A stretch of DNA of 64,000 bases from an uncultured candidatus Porisulfidus sp. (GCA_965204575.1 OZ241993.1:864001-928000), one strand, 5' to 3'. Numbered from the stretch's first letter, positions 23,522-34,094 are shown. Numbers and translations: made by a program. Notes: generated by a model not told the origin, from the letters alone.

Positions 23522-26500
23522 TTAGTCCGAGAAAGTTACTTGCAAAATTTCTGCAATCCGTCTTGCGGTGGACGAAAAATACTGCACTTCATCAGGTGTT
23601 AGTGCCCGTCCGAGAATAGCGTGTTCGCGGTAAGAAAGCCACTTCTTAAGTACTTGGTAGCCTCCTAATTTGTAATTCCAAACGTTTGCAGGAATGTTAC
23701 GCCAATAGGCATTAGTATTAAGGTAAATGTCAAAAGTTGTTTTGCCCAGCGCAGGCGTGGTTGCACCAAGAGTAGCTAGTTCTTCAGACGTATAGTCGCG
23801 CTCAATCATTCGTCCTGACCCCGGTTGTACTGCACCCTTTGATCCGAAATATCCCCATCTCGCCGTCAACTCAAAATCGCCACCATCCATATTATTTCCA
23901 TTCAGTGTCATAGGCACGGAAATAGTTGAAACCCCAACATTTAGGATTCCTTCCGTAATGCCTGAAACAGGCACATCAGGGTTAAGCAATTGTGCCAACT
24001 TGCGACCGCGCTCTGATAGCCGAAAGAATTCTTCTGCAGCACTCTCGGCCTCGCCGTTAGGCCAATCTGGGAGTGGAATACGTGGCCATTCCATACGCAG
24101 TGCTCCAGCGTTGGCTTTGCGGTAATCTGGACAGTGCAGTGTTGCGATAATGTAGTGAAATAGGTCTTCCACGCTCGACCCTATACGCTCAAGATAGCGT
24201 TCGGCCATTCCAGACAAGTTTGCGCGGCGCAAGCAACTGCCATCATTTCGAGTTTCTCCTTCACTAAGCCATGCTGGAAACATATTGGCTCCACGTTCAA
24301 TAAGATGTAGTGACGCGAGATGTTGTGTGACGCAAGCTTGAGGCGCTTCTGAATCTTTTCTCAAATGTGGGGCAGCCGACAACCAGACATTGCCCTCGAA
24401 CACATGCGGTTTGTATTCAGGCCGTTTTTCGTTTAACAACTTAGTTTCTGATTCCCAATACAACCAGCGATGGTCAAAAGGTCGGTATGTATGGCGAACA
24501 AAGCCGGCTTGATTGGGTCCTCCTCGTGCAAGCAGTGTATGGCGTATAGCGTGCGGTTTATATCGTGCCTTGACTTCCATAGCTGCCGGATAGCGATTTT
24601 TAATTTCATCATCGTCTAATTCTGGATTGAAGTAGTCCGTAACACGCATTTTCAGCCGATCACGATCGATATCAATCACAAACGCATCACGATTCGTATT
24701 GATTCCAGAATAGTTGACAGGAAGCAAATCGGGTAGTGTTGGCCAATCAAACCAATCATCACTCACTGTTGTTGGCGCGAAAGGCAACCCTAGGGGGAGG
24801 ATTGGTTCAATTTTCTTATAAAGTGTGTCTGGTTTTTCTTCCGCTGTTGCAATCAGTTCGGCATGCTTTTCTGATCCCCAAAGATTTCGAAAATCCACTG
24901 CATCAGTCGATTTGTGGTCGACTTTTCGTATTAGCGTCGTGATGGCCGTTCCGACTTGAATACCAACTGAATTCCCGGGAATAGAGAAAATACCCGGATC
25001 TGGTTTTCCCTCAGGAGTTTCCCCTCCTTTTCGGACATCTCCGTTTAGACAGTCGATACGAATTGCGTCGAATTCTTCGAGGTAATGCTCCCGCATTCCC
25101 GCAAATGAACGGCCGTCAAGCCAAGAATAATTAGAGATAAAACAGATAACACCTAGTTTGGTTTTTTCAGCAATGCGTCGCTCGGCCATGCGGAAGAAGC
25201 GAACGTAGAGATCATGCAACGCCCTACTGTCCGGCATTTCTGTTCGTCTTGCCGTCCTATAGACATCTAGAAGTGTTTGTTCTTCATCTACCGCAACACC
25301 TGCGAAGCCGTTGTAAGGAGGATTGCCAAGGATTACTAAGATTGGAGTTTCCTGTTTTACCTGCTCGGCGCGGTCGCGCTCCTCTCCAAGCTCTGGAAAG
25401 AGCAACGGCTTAGTTGTGCGAGACTCCCAGCCAGTAAGTGCATTAGTAAGGAATATACCAGCGCGCTCGGCACCATCATTTGCAAGTGCTGCGTTGAGTT
25501 TCTGCATTGCCAACCCGACCTGAAGGTGGGCAACAACAAAAGGTGCGGGCATTATCTCGAAACCGAATATTCGCTCCATTGCTGCTTGTTTCACTCGAGC
25601 GCCAACAAGTGCTCCAAGGCCACATCCCTCAAGATTGGCGGCAATACGACGTAATATTTCAGCAAGATACGCTCCAGTGCCACAGCATGGGTCGAGAACA
25701 TAGACATTCTCTGCCGCTAATCCGTCTGTGACGCCAAGATCATCTTTTAATGTCCGGTCCACACGAGCTACCATGTAACGAACCACTTCAGTAGGGGTAT
25801 ACCAGACACCAAGTTGTTTGCGCAAAATCGGGTCAAAGGCTTGCAAAAAGGGTTCGTAGAAATAAGGTACGACTTCGCCTTCATTAAAACGTGCGAAAAA
25901 AGCAGATCGGTCTACTCGGTCGAGTGTACTAGCTGTCCAGTCCAATACCTCAACAAGGCCAAGTGATTGCAACCGACCTGGGTCGGAAAGTTGTTGGAAT
26001 AGTGCACGTAATACAGGGGCTCGCAAATGCCAAACCGCTTCTCGCCAATTGAATTGTGATGATTTGTAGCCGCCTTCGAATAGAGGGCCATCGTCGGATT
26101 GTGTTTCTTGTGCCCACAACACCCAAGCTGAAAATACTCCATAAAACAGAGTCTGCACTAAAGTTGAGTGAAAAAAGCGCGCACCCTTTTCGCCCTCAAA
26201 ATGAACGCCGAGAGCGTCTTCAAGTGCCACACGCAATGACTCAAGTGTTGGGGTGTCACCTGCCATTTCGACACGTGCTAGTCCATCTCGGGCATAGGAT
26301 GCCAGTAACCAAGCCAGATCCTTCGGGTCAGTGAGCACTGCCTTATGTGACAATACCCGCGCAAGATACTCACCCAATCCTATTCCAGTTTCGCGAGCGA
26401 AAGCACGAGGTTTTTCCAACTTCTGGTGGAAAGCACCCGCACTATCTGTTAACTGAAATGTTTCCAATTTCGCAGGGTTACCTGATGCGTCTTGGCCTAG

Positions 26501-26890
26501 CAACACAAAATCATGCGTATTCGTCACCAATACCATCCGGTGTTGGTTCCAGTAACGGCTTACTTGATTACTCTTTGCTGTTAGCCAACTATCATCAGAC
26601 GCATCTTTCACCTCAATCACGCCTCGTTCTGGCTTCTGACCCTCACGTGGTTGGCCTTTTTGCACTTGTTTGGCCGTATACAGTCCAATGTCTGGATGGC
26701 CAGCCCCCATATCCGCAAGTTGGATAACACAGAAGACCTTTGGATTGAGTGTTTTACCTATAGCGTTTAACAGGTTCGCAAGTGGTCCATAAGTCGACAA
26801 TTCTGGAGTGGCTCCACCTGATGCATGTATTCTTCGAAGATCAGCAAAATATGCTTCTGATGCTGCCGAGAACTTCTTTTTTTGAGTCAT
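23522..26890 (-). CDS. Single-chain restriction-modification enzyme: nuclease-like N-terminus, N6-adenine methyltransferase and type ISP-like C-terminal specificity domain
   Basis: HPD...IEVK (PD-(D/E)xK), GVWYTP, LDPCCGTG, GNPPY, YRPFD, VWNYKLGGYQVLKKWLSYR; no helicase motifs. Confidence 0.85.
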   Translation of the reverse strand: MTQKKKFSAASEAYFADLRRIHASGGATPELSTYGPLANLLNAIGKTLNPKVFCVIQLADMGAGHPDIGLYTAKQVQKGQPREGQKPERGVIEVKDASDDSWLTAKSNQVSRYWNQHRMVLVTNTHDFVLLGQDASGNPAKLETFQLTDSAGAFHQKLEKPRAFARETGIGLGEYLARVLSHKAVLTDPKDLAWLLASYARDGLARVEMAGDTPTLESLRVALEDALGVHFEGEKGARFFHSTLVQTLFYGVFSAWVLWAQETQSDDGPLFEGGYKSSQFNWREAVWHLRAPVLRALFQQLSDPGRLQSLGLVEVLDWTASTLDRVDRSAFFARFNEGEVVPYFYEPFLQAFDPILRKQLGVWYTPTEVVRYMVARVDRTLKDDLGVTDGLAAENVYVLDPCCGTGAYLAEILRRIAANLEGCGLGALVGARVKQAAMERIFGFEIMPAPFVVAHLQVGLAMQKLNAALANDGAERAGIFLTNALTGWESRTTKPLLFPELGEERDRAEQVKQETPILVILGNPPYNGFAGVAVDEEQTLLDVYRTARRTEMPDSRALHDLYVRFFRMAERRIAEKTKLGVICFISNYSWLDGRSFAGMREHYLEEFDAIRIDCLNGDVRKGGETPEGKPDPGIFSIPGNSVGIQVGTAITTLIRKVDHKSTDAVDFRNLWGSEKHAELIATAEEKPDTLYKKIEPILPLGLPFAPTTVSDDWFDWPTLPDLLPVNYSGINTNRDAFVIDIDRDRLKMRVTDYFNPELDDDEIKNRYPAAMEVKARYKPHAIRHTLLARGGPNQAGFVRHTYRPFDHRWLYWESETKLLNEKRPEYKPHVFEGNVWLSAAPHLRKDSEAPQACVTQHLASLHLIERGANMFPAWLSEGETRNDGSCLRRANLSGMAERYLERIGSSVEDLFHYIIATLHCPDYRKANAGALRMEWPRIPLPDWPNGEAESAAEEFFRLSERGRKLAQLLNPDVPVSGITEGILNVGVSTISVPMTLNGNNMDGGDFELTARWGYFGSKGAVQPGSGRMIERDYTSEELATLGATTPALGKTTFDIYLNTNAYWRNIPANVWNYKLGGYQVLKKWLSYREHAILGRALTPDEVQYFSSTARRIAEILQVTFSD

Positions 26891-27309
26891 TTTCTACATT
26901 ATTCCCGATGCTTGGCATGGCACCAATTTGACGACTGACTTCAGTCTGGACTCTACTGAAGCGCGTGTTATCTTCTGTCATCTGCGCAATATACGCAAGA
27001 GTTTCCCTATGCCGTGGCAGATAATCAACGCTATGTTACTAGACAGGTTTCCTTGATTTTTTGGAGTTGCTATAACTCGATTTTCTGACATCGCAACTTT
27101 TCCCTGAGCCTGTTTACTAACAGCTTCACCCAGTTAGGTTAATCGAGCAACAGTTTTCTCTGTCTGCCGGGCGTATATGTTTCTTTCATAATTGTAGTTG
27201 TAGGATATCGCCTTTCTCTAGAAGTAGGCGAACTTTATTTTCTAATCTGCCATGGGCACGGAAAGGTCGAAGAAAACCTGGGAAGACTAGAGCCGAGGGC
27301 GCACTGCTG

Positions 27310-27315
27310 TATACT
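27310..27315 (+). promoter_or_regulatory. -10 element 8 nt upstream of the xerD ATG (possibly leaderless)
   Basis: TATACT followed by ttccacgc-ATG; no SD sequence. Confidence 0.35.
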
Positions 27316-27323
27316 TTCCACGC

Positions 27324-28217
27324 ATGTCCGACGCCGACATAATCGACACATTCCTCGACAGCAGCTGGGCGGAGCAGGGGCTCGCACGCTCGACGATGCT
27401 GGCATATCGGTCTGATTTAACAGGATTTTCAAAATGGCTCAACGCTCAGGGTGCGAACTTGCGCGCGGCGGATGGCGGCGACATCCAGATGTATCTGGCT
27501 TCCCGGCTCCAAAAAGGCATGCAGGCCAGCAGCGTGGCGCGCATCCTGTCGGCGATTCGGCTGTTCTACCGCTATGCGAAGCGGCACGCCCTGCGCAGCG
27601 ACGACCCCTGCACGCAGATCATCACCCCGAAGCCGTCCCGGTACCTGCCCTCGGTGTTGAGCGAGCAGGAAACCGAAACCCTGTTGAACATGCCGAATAC
27701 GGACACCCCCAAGGGACTGCGGGACCGCGCCATGCTGGAACTGCTGTATGCCTGCGGACTCAGGGTGAGTGAACTCGTCACCCTCAAACAAGGTCAGATC
27801 AACATGAAAACCGGAGTCTTGCGCCTAGTGGGGAAAGGCATGAAGGAACGGCTGGTGCCGATCGGCGAATGTGCGACCGATTGGCTGGAGCGTTACCTCC
27901 GGGATTCCCGGCCGGCGTTATTGAAGGACCGCCCCCGGACCGAGGACCTGTTTGTCACCCGCCAAGGCCGGGCGATGACCCGCCAGGCTTTCTGGCAGAT
28001 GCTGCGTCAAGTGGCCCGGAAGGCCGGCATCACCAAACCGCTGACACCGCACACGCTGAGGCACACGTTCGCCACGCACCTGCTCAACCATGGGGCGGAC
28101 TTGCGGGTGGTGCAGATGCTGCTCGGCCACAGCGATCTCGCTACGACCCAAATCTACACTCACGTCGCTCATGACAAACTCAAAGACATGCACCGGGTTC
28201 ACCACCCTCGTGGCTAG
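27324..28217 (+). CDS. xerD: Site-specific tyrosine recombinase XerD
   Basis: [62 protein letters not shown]; xerD-dsbC synteny. Confidence 0.96.
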   Translation: MSDADIIDTFLDSSWAEQGLARSTMLAYRSDLTGFSKWLNAQGANLRAADGGDIQMYLASRLQKGMQASSVARILSAIRLFYRYAKRHALRSDDPCTQIITPKPSRYLPSVLSEQETETLLNMPNTDTPKGLRDRAMLELLYACGLRVSELVTLKQGQINMKTGVLRLVGKGMKERLVPIGECATDWLERYLRDSRPALLKDRPRTEDLFVTRQGRAMTRQAFWQMLRQVARKAGITKPLTPHTLRHTFATHLLNHGADLRVVQMLLGHSDLATTQIYTHVAHDKLKDMHRVHHPRG

Positions 28218-28920
28218 GCGAGTCCTGTTGCTCGGTGCTTTGCTGCTCGCGGCCGCAGTTTCCGCGGAAACGAACAGCGAACAGCTCCGGGAACGCCTGC
28301 AGCTGCTGATACCGGACCATACGCCGGACCAGATCCGCCCTTCGCCGTCGCCGGGCTTGTACGAAGTGTTGTACGGCGCGGACATTTTCTACATTACGAG
28401 TGACGGGGAGCACCTGATTACGGGCGGCAATCTGATCGATGTGGACAGCCGGATCAATCTGACAGAGATTTCCCGGGCCGAGGTTCGGGCGAGACTGCTG
28501 GGCGCTTACGGCACGGACAAGATGCTGGTCTTCCCGGCGACCACGTCGCGTCGTCATTCGCTCGTCGTGGTGACGGATATCGACTGCCCGTACTGCCAGA
28601 GATTCCATGAGCATATCGAGGAGCTCAACAATGCCGGGATCGAAGTCCGCTATCTGCTGTACCCGCGGGCTGGCGAGGGGAGCGAGAGCTATCAGAAGTC
28701 GGTCAGCGTCTGGTGTTCCAATGATCCCCTGGATGCGCTGACCCGTGCCAAGCGCCGAGAATCGATCTCGCCGAAGACCTGTGCGAACCCGGTCCTGGAG
28801 CACATGAACCTGGTCGAGCGAATCAACATCCGGTCGACCCCCTCCATTTTCCTGTCGGACGGTTCGCTGATCCGCGGCTACCGCCCGCCGGCGGAGATCC
28901 TGGCCCTGCTTGGCGACTGA
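28210..28920 (+). CDS. dsbC: Thiol:disulfide isomerase DsbC
   Basis: GTG start overlaps xerD; signal peptide, [20 protein letters not shown]. Confidence 0.92.
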   Translation: MARRVLLLGALLLAAAVSAETNSEQLRERLQLLIPDHTPDQIRPSPSPGLYEVLYGADIFYITSDGEHLITGGNLIDVDSRINLTEISRAEVRARLLGAYGTDKMLVFPATTSRRHSLVVVTDIDCPYCQRFHEHIEELNNAGIEVRYLLYPRAGEGSESYQKSVSVWCSNDPLDALTRAKRRESISPKTCANPVLEHMNLVERINIRSTPSIFLSDGSLIRGYRPPAEILALLGD

Positions 28921-28929
28921 TTTGGGATT

Positions 28930-31900
28930 CTACGGATCGGGCATGTCGTGCAGCCGGCGGCTGCGCGTGAACAGCAGGGAACAGCGTACCGGCCGGTCGG
29001 GGTAGACGAGGCGGATGTAGCGGGCGTATTCGTTCATCTGCCCCGCATAACGCTCGGCGATTCCAGCCAATTCTTCCGGGTCCTCCGTGGCGTGGGACTT
29101 GAAGTCGATGACCCAGGCCATATCCGGGGAGAGCAGCAGCCGGTCGATGATGCCGAATCCCTCGCCCGCCTCGGTTTTGCAGGCGACGGGCACTTCCGTG
29201 TACACGCGGGTCTGGGCGCCGGGCCGGAAAACCGGATCCAGTTCCGGGTCGGCGACCACCCGGCGGGCTTCGTCCAACCAATCCTGAAAGTCGGGACCCT
29301 CAAGGTCGCGGTTGTGGTCGTGCGCCAGGCGTTCGAGTTCGGTCCGGTCCGGTTCGCTGGCTCCCAGCCGTTCGATCAGGGCATGGATGGCGCGCCCGCG
29401 TTCCAGTGCGCGCTGACGTTCCAGGATTCCGTCCACGTCTCCGGTTTCGTCCAACTCGCCGACCATGCTTGGCGACGCCGTGCTCGGAAGTGCGAGCGGT
29501 GTGCCCAGCCCGGTGCAGTCCGGTTCCGGCACGGAGGGGGGAGGCGCGGCATCAGCGGATAGAGTGGGCGGCTTCGGGCCCCGGGCCAGCAACCTGTCTT
29601 CCTTTCCGGGCGCCCCCGGGAACAATTCCCGAAGCTCTTCGTGGAGTTCTTTGTACTGGCAGAGGATCAGCATCTGCCGGGCACGGGTAAATGCGACATA
29701 GGCACGGTTGAGTTCTTCTGCCTGTCTTTTCTGGTGTGCCAGTTCCAGGCATTCCAGCGAGCAGGAATCCATGTCTTCCTTGCGGGGCCGGAACAAGAAA
29801 CGTCGGGGTCGGGCCTCGTCGGCGGGCCAGTCAAGCAAGATGTCGCCTTGTCGGCCTTGTTTCGTGGGCTTGTCCAGTTCAGCGTACACGATGATCGGAC
29901 TCTCTAGGCCTTTGGCCGCGTGCACGGTCAGAATCTGGACGCGGTCGTCCTGGTCGTCTGATTTCAGGCTGACAAGATCGGGAGCGTCGTAGCCCTCGAC
30001 GCGGCCGCAGCGCATTTCCTCGATGAAGTGGACGAAAGCCGCCGTGCTGGGGTAGCGTCCGCTGTCAAACTCCAGGGTCAGCTCGATGAAGCGGGTCAGG
30101 TTGCTGACCGCGCGCTCGCCGCGTTCTTCGTTCGGCCAGGCGTACCGGTAGCAGCGCAAGGCATCCGTCTCGAAGTAAATCCGGTCCAGCAGGTCATGGG
30201 TAGGGATGTGACCGATCAGCTTCCGCCACTTTTTGAAGTCTCCGTCTGCACGCCGCAACGGATGATCCGGGTCTTTCTGTTGGGCCAGGATTTCCAGGCG
30301 CTCGACCCAGCGGCCCGCACCCGCATTCGTGCGTGCCAGTTCCATCAGTTCCTCGTCCGTAATGTTGTACAGGGGGGAGCGCAGCACCTGCACCAGGTGC
30401 AGGTCGTCCGCCGGGCGAATCAGGGACTGGAGCAGGGCCTGCATGTCCCGCACTTCCAAATGGTTGAGCAGGGTCTGTCGGGACTGGCGCGCGAAAGGGA
30501 TCTTGAGCCGTGCCAGTGCATGCTCGATCTGCGGCACATGGGTGCGCCGGTTTACCAGGATCATGCAATCGCGGTACCGGGCGGCGCGGGCTCCGCCCTC
30601 CCGGTCTTCGATGGCGATCCGTTCGTCGACGATTTGCCGGATTCGCTGGGCGATCTGGTCGGCCATCTGCTCCAGGTGGGTGGACCGGGTTTCGGGGCGG
30701 GGTTCAGTCAGGGGATTGCGCAGCGGTTCGCCGGGAAAATGCTCCGGCGACTTGTTGCGTGGCTCTTTCGGAATGAACGGGAGCAGTTCGACCCGCCCCC
30801 AGAGTTCTGCCAGACGAGTCTGGTGAGAAGGGAAATCCGGAAGAGGGAAGAGGCCGCCTTCGCCGAAAGCGGCGTTGACGAAGTCGATGATGACCTCGGA
30901 TGAACGGCGGGAGGCATCCATGGAGGCGGGTTCGTCCGCCTGTAAGTAGGACTGGAGATAAATGCCGGCCTCCTTCTGGATTTCCGGGTTGGCGCGCCGC
31001 CATTGGTAGATGGACTGCTTGGTATCGCCGACGATGAACGCGGAACTGGATCCGTCCTCGGTTTCGTGCAGGGCTTCGAGGAAGACCTGCAGGGTTTGCC
31101 AGGACAGGGCGTCGGTGTCCTGAAATTCGTCGACCAGCACGTGCCGGAAACGTTGCCCGAGCTTGTACTGAACCCACTCGATGCCGCCGTTCATTAGCCG
31201 GTTCGCGAACCACAGCAGGTCGTCGTAGTCCATGTAGCCGTATGTCTGCTTCAGGCGCTGGTAGTTCTCGGCCAGCCGCCCGACGACGGTGTACCAATGG
31301 CCGTTGAGTTCGCAGGCTTTCCGGCGTCGCAGTTCGTCCAGAGATTCGGAAGTCGATTGATGCCACGAATCAAGTTGCTGTTCGAGTTCCCTGGCATTGT
31401 CCTCGCCCAGGCGTTTCCGCACCGCGTCTTGCGTTGGAATAAGCGAGCGCCGAATGCCTTCTCCCTTTGGATCGTCCAGGGCTTGGTGGAGATGCTGGAT
31501 CTGTTCGAGGCTCCCGGCCTCGTCGTCGTCCAGCGCGCGACACAGTTTGACCGCGGCCCGGGCCTGGTTGGACTTCTCCGAGGCGCCGCTTTTCTGCAAA
31601 AGGCCCGCAAGACGGCGAATCCCCGGCTCGATTTTGGAAATCTGGATAGGGTCCGAATCTTCGTCCAGGCGAAAAACTTCATCGTGTAGATGTGCGCGCA
31701 ATTGTTCCAGGGTGAACTCGCCTTCGAAAGCGCGCCACTCCAGGATGTGTCCTCGAAATCCCTCCAGGATGCGGCGCAGGTTCCATAGGTTCGGAATCTC
31801 CGCCATGATCGCGTTCATGGATTCGGCCAATTCGCTGCCGGGGTTGCGGAGGGTCTCCTCGAAAAGCAAATCTTCTGAAGCCTGGTGTAAGCGGGCGGCC

Positions 31901-32328
31901 TGTTCCCTTTGCGGGATCGCGAACCCGGCGGGGATGCCGGCTTCCAGAGGGAAGCGTTGCAGCAGTTCTTGGAAGAAGGAATGGAAGGTCGCGATGCGGA
32001 TGGTCTGATCCGCAAACTGCACGGTTTCGAACAGTGCCCGCGCATGGTCCAGGTGTCGCTCCGGTTCGTCGACGCCGATCTTCCTGAGGTCTTCAATCAG
32101 GCCCGAATCGTCGAGTGCAAGCCAGTCGGCCAGCCTCTCGGTCAGACGCTGCTGGATTTCCGCCGCTGCCTTGCGGGTAAAAGTGATGGCTAGGATGGAG
32201 TCGGGTTCGGCACCTGCCAGCAGCAGGCGCAGGATGCGCGCGACCAGCAGCCAGGTCTTGCCGGTTCCCGCCGACGCAAAGACGGCAACGCTTTTATTCG
32301 GATCAGCGGAAGCTAGTGGATCGGCCAT
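28930..32328 (-). CDS. addA: AddA/RecB-like helicase-nuclease
   Basis: ASAGTGKT, ITFTRKAAAE, LVDEFQDT, VGDTKQSIY, TVHAAKGLE, YVAFTRA and C-terminal nuclease GIIDRL...IDFKS...Q..EY. Confidence 0.88.
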   Translation of the reverse strand: MADPLASADPNKSVAVFASAGTGKTWLLVARILRLLLAGAEPDSILAITFTRKAAAEIQQRLTERLADWLALDDSGLIEDLRKIGVDEPERHLDHARALFETVQFADQTIRIATFHSFFQELLQRFPLEAGIPAGFAIPQREQAARLHQASEDLLFEETLRNPGSELAESMNAIMAEIPNLWNLRRILEGFRGHILEWRAFEGEFTLEQLRAHLHDEVFRLDEDSDPIQISKIEPGIRRLAGLLQKSGASEKSNQARAAVKLCRALDDDEAGSLEQIQHLHQALDDPKGEGIRRSLIPTQDAVRKRLGEDNARELEQQLDSWHQSTSESLDELRRRKACELNGHWYTVVGRLAENYQRLKQTYGYMDYDDLLWFANRLMNGGIEWVQYKLGQRFRHVLVDEFQDTDALSWQTLQVFLEALHETEDGSSSAFIVGDTKQSIYQWRRANPEIQKEAGIYLQSYLQADEPASMDASRRSSEVIIDFVNAAFGEGGLFPLPDFPSHQTRLAELWGRVELLPFIPKEPRNKSPEHFPGEPLRNPLTEPRPETRSTHLEQMADQIAQRIRQIVDERIAIEDREGGARAARYRDCMILVNRRTHVPQIEHALARLKIPFARQSRQTLLNHLEVRDMQALLQSLIRPADDLHLVQVLRSPLYNITDEELMELARTNAGAGRWVERLEILAQQKDPDHPLRRADGDFKKWRKLIGHIPTHDLLDRIYFETDALRCYRYAWPNEERGERAVSNLTRFIELTLEFDSGRYPSTAAFVHFIEEMRCGRVEGYDAPDLVSLKSDDQDDRVQILTVHAAKGLESPIIVYAELDKPTKQGRQGDILLDWPADEARPRRFLFRPRKEDMDSCSLECLELAHQKRQAEELNRAYVAFTRARQMLILCQYKELHEELRELFPGAPGKEDRLLARGPKPPTLSADAAPPPSVPEPDCTGLGTPLALPSTASPSMVGELDETGDVDGILERQRALERGRAIHALIERLGASEPDRTELERLAHDHNRDLEGPDFQDWLDEARRVVADPELDPVFRPGAQTRVYTEVPVACKTEAGEGFGIIDRLLLSPDMAWVIDFKSHATEDPEELAGIAERYAGQMNEYARYIRLVYPDRPVRCSLLFTRSRRLHDMPDP

Positions 32329-32360
32329 GTGGACCGGGGAAGGTTTTGGAGAGGCTGGGA

Positions 32361-32382
32361 TGGTGCGATGGTCGGACTTGAA
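32361..32382 (-). repeat. Degenerate att site: copy of the tRNA-Leu 3' end
   Basis: tggtgc-gatggtcggacttgaa versus tggtgccgatggccggactcgaa (47947-47969), 20/23 identical, exactly at the GC-to-AT transition. Confidence 0.85.
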
Positions 32383-32487
32383 TTTTTTTAATAAACAACT
32401 ATTAGGCAAAGTATAATTTCCATTATTCGAAGCCAGCCAGTGTAAATCATAAAAGTTTATACCAGTAATTTCCGTTAGGAACAATGC

Positions 32488-33837
32488 ATGTACGACGTTT
32501 TGATAATTGGTGCAGGAACCGCAGGCATTGCAGCAGCCAAACAATTGGAAAAATTGAATGCCAAATATTTGCTGATAGAAGAGGGAGATGGAGGTACGAC
32601 GTGCGCAAAGACGGGATGTATGCCATCTAAAGGGCTAATTGAAATAGCAAAGAAAGTTAATAATACTCAGTCTTTAACTAAAGATAATTTGATCCAACAA
32701 AATCAATTCAAAATTGATACTGCTTCTGTGCTGAAAAAAGTGCGTACACTTAGAGATCATTTTGTCAAGAGAGCAATTAAAGGGAGTGAAAAATTTCCTC
32801 GCATCAAAGGGAATGCAAAATTTATTAATACTAATACTATTGAAGTCAATGGGGAAAAAATATCGGCAAACAATATAATTATTGCAAACGGCTCAAGGCC
32901 AAGAATACCGGATGTATTTGAAGAGGCGAAATCCAAGATATTAACTACCGACAATTTTTTTGAACAAGAAAAGCTACCAGATAGCATAGCTGTTGTCGGG
33001 CTGGGTATTATCGGGGTAGAGTTTGCTCAAGCTCTTGCAAGATTGGGAGTAAAAGTACAAGTATATGAAGAATATAAAACAATAGCAGGAATACAAGATG
33101 AAAAAGTTTTTCATCATGCACTTTCTATTCAACAGCAGTACTACTCGATTCATTTCAATACCAAGATTGCAAAAGTAACTGAGCAAGCAGGGAAGTTCCT
33201 GATTGAGTGGGAAAATGGTCGATCAGAAGTTGACCAAGTATTATTGTGTGCTGGAAGAGAATCCAATATTGATCAATTGAACTTGGGAAAACTAGGGTTA
33301 GATACTGCGGACACAGCAAACACGTTATATGACCCCTGCACGTTGCAGATAAATGATTTTCCAATTTATGTGGCTGGTGATGTTAGTTCCCAAAAAATGG
33401 TGGTGCATGAAGCCGCAGAAGAAGCAAGAGTTGCGGTACACAATGCGATGCATACTAAAAAGAAAAAACTTGCAAAGCCTGCTTTAAATATAGTTTTTAC
33501 CGACCCACCCATAGCAAGAGTAGGCCAGTCATTAAATGAACTCGACCAGGAAAAGTGTGTTATTGGTGAATTCGATTTTTCTCTGCAGGGGCGTGCAACT
33601 TTAAAAGGGGAAAATCATGGCGTTGTACGGGTTTATGTGAATTCAAGAAACGATCATATTCTCGGTGCAGAAATGATAGCCCCAGGTGCGGAAAATTTTG
33701 CACATTTGTTAATGATGGCCATTCAAAATGAAATTCCATTACACAAGCTATTACAACTACCTATCTATCATCCGGTTTTGGAAGAAGGATTACGCCAAGC
33801 ATTAGTTAATGCAAAAAGCAAATCAGCAGTTACATAA
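32488..33837 (+). CDS. Dihydrolipoamide dehydrogenase-like flavoprotein disulfide reductase (class I)
   Basis: GAGTAG, GGTTCAKTGCMPSK (CxxxxC), GLGIIGVE, AGD and C-terminal YHPVLEE (His-Glu dyad). Confidence 0.88.
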   Translation: MYDVLIIGAGTAGIAAAKQLEKLNAKYLLIEEGDGGTTCAKTGCMPSKGLIEIAKKVNNTQSLTKDNLIQQNQFKIDTASVLKKVRTLRDHFVKRAIKGSEKFPRIKGNAKFINTNTIEVNGEKISANNIIIANGSRPRIPDVFEEAKSKILTTDNFFEQEKLPDSIAVVGLGIIGVEFAQALARLGVKVQVYEEYKTIAGIQDEKVFHHALSIQQQYYSIHFNTKIAKVTEQAGKFLIEWENGRSEVDQVLLCAGRESNIDQLNLGKLGLDTADTANTLYDPCTLQINDFPIYVAGDVSSQKMVVHEAAEEARVAVHNAMHTKKKKLAKPALNIVFTDPPIARVGQSLNELDQEKCVIGEFDFSLQGRATLKGENHGVVRVYVNSRNDHILGAEMIAPGAENFAHLLMMAIQNEIPLHKLLQLPIYHPVLEEGLRQALVNAKSKSAVT

Positions 33838-33842
33838 GCTTT

Positions 33843-34056
33843 CCCGTTGCGCGTGAGGCACCTGGAACACCCACTGCGACGCAACCGCTCCAGTCACAGC
33901 ACGGCTCCACCGCAGGCCCGCCGGCAATGGGCCAAATGGGAGGCCGCCTACAACCGTATCCGGCCTCACGAAAGCCTCGACCTGATGACCCCGCTAGAAT
34001 GCGTCAGGGTGCATTCGCCAAGCGAGGCTTGTTCCGATATGCAGCGAACCTGCACA
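33843..34056 (+). pseudogene. IS remnant: 3' end of an IS481/IS3-type integrase-core transposase
   Basis: GC-rich patch encoding WEAAYNRIRPHESLDLMTP; ends ...gaacctgcaca (candidate right IR) where GC content drops again. Confidence 0.7.
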
Positions 34057-34094
34057 GGGACTATCTTTTGAAATTTAAAAGCATAGAATACCTT

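Larger units (their letters stand above)
20845..27240. mobile_element. Low-GC defence islet
   Basis: Abrupt compositional change between the RDD region and xerD; three co-oriented defence-type genes; boundaries approximate; no integrase inside. Confidence 0.7.

Noticed and set aside
27002-27264. Imperfect inverted repeat between 27002-27024 and 27243-27264 (possible MITE ends)
   Set aside because: The alignment needs several gaps and mismatches, with no target duplication or second copy in the window.
27307-27322. LexA-box-like CTGTATACTTTCCACG upstream of xerD
   Set aside because: The right half lacks the required CAG; it is better explained as a -10 element.
27324-28217. XerD as the integrase of the adjacent defence islet
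   Set aside because: Host GC content, canonical XerD motifs and xerD-dsbC synteny indicate the housekeeping gene; no dif-like site was recognised at the islet ends.
32329-32544. 72-aa N-terminal extension of AddA in the ORF track
   Set aside because: It crosses the att site into island DNA and overlaps the opposite-strand reductase gene; ATG 32328 fits the helicase N-terminus.
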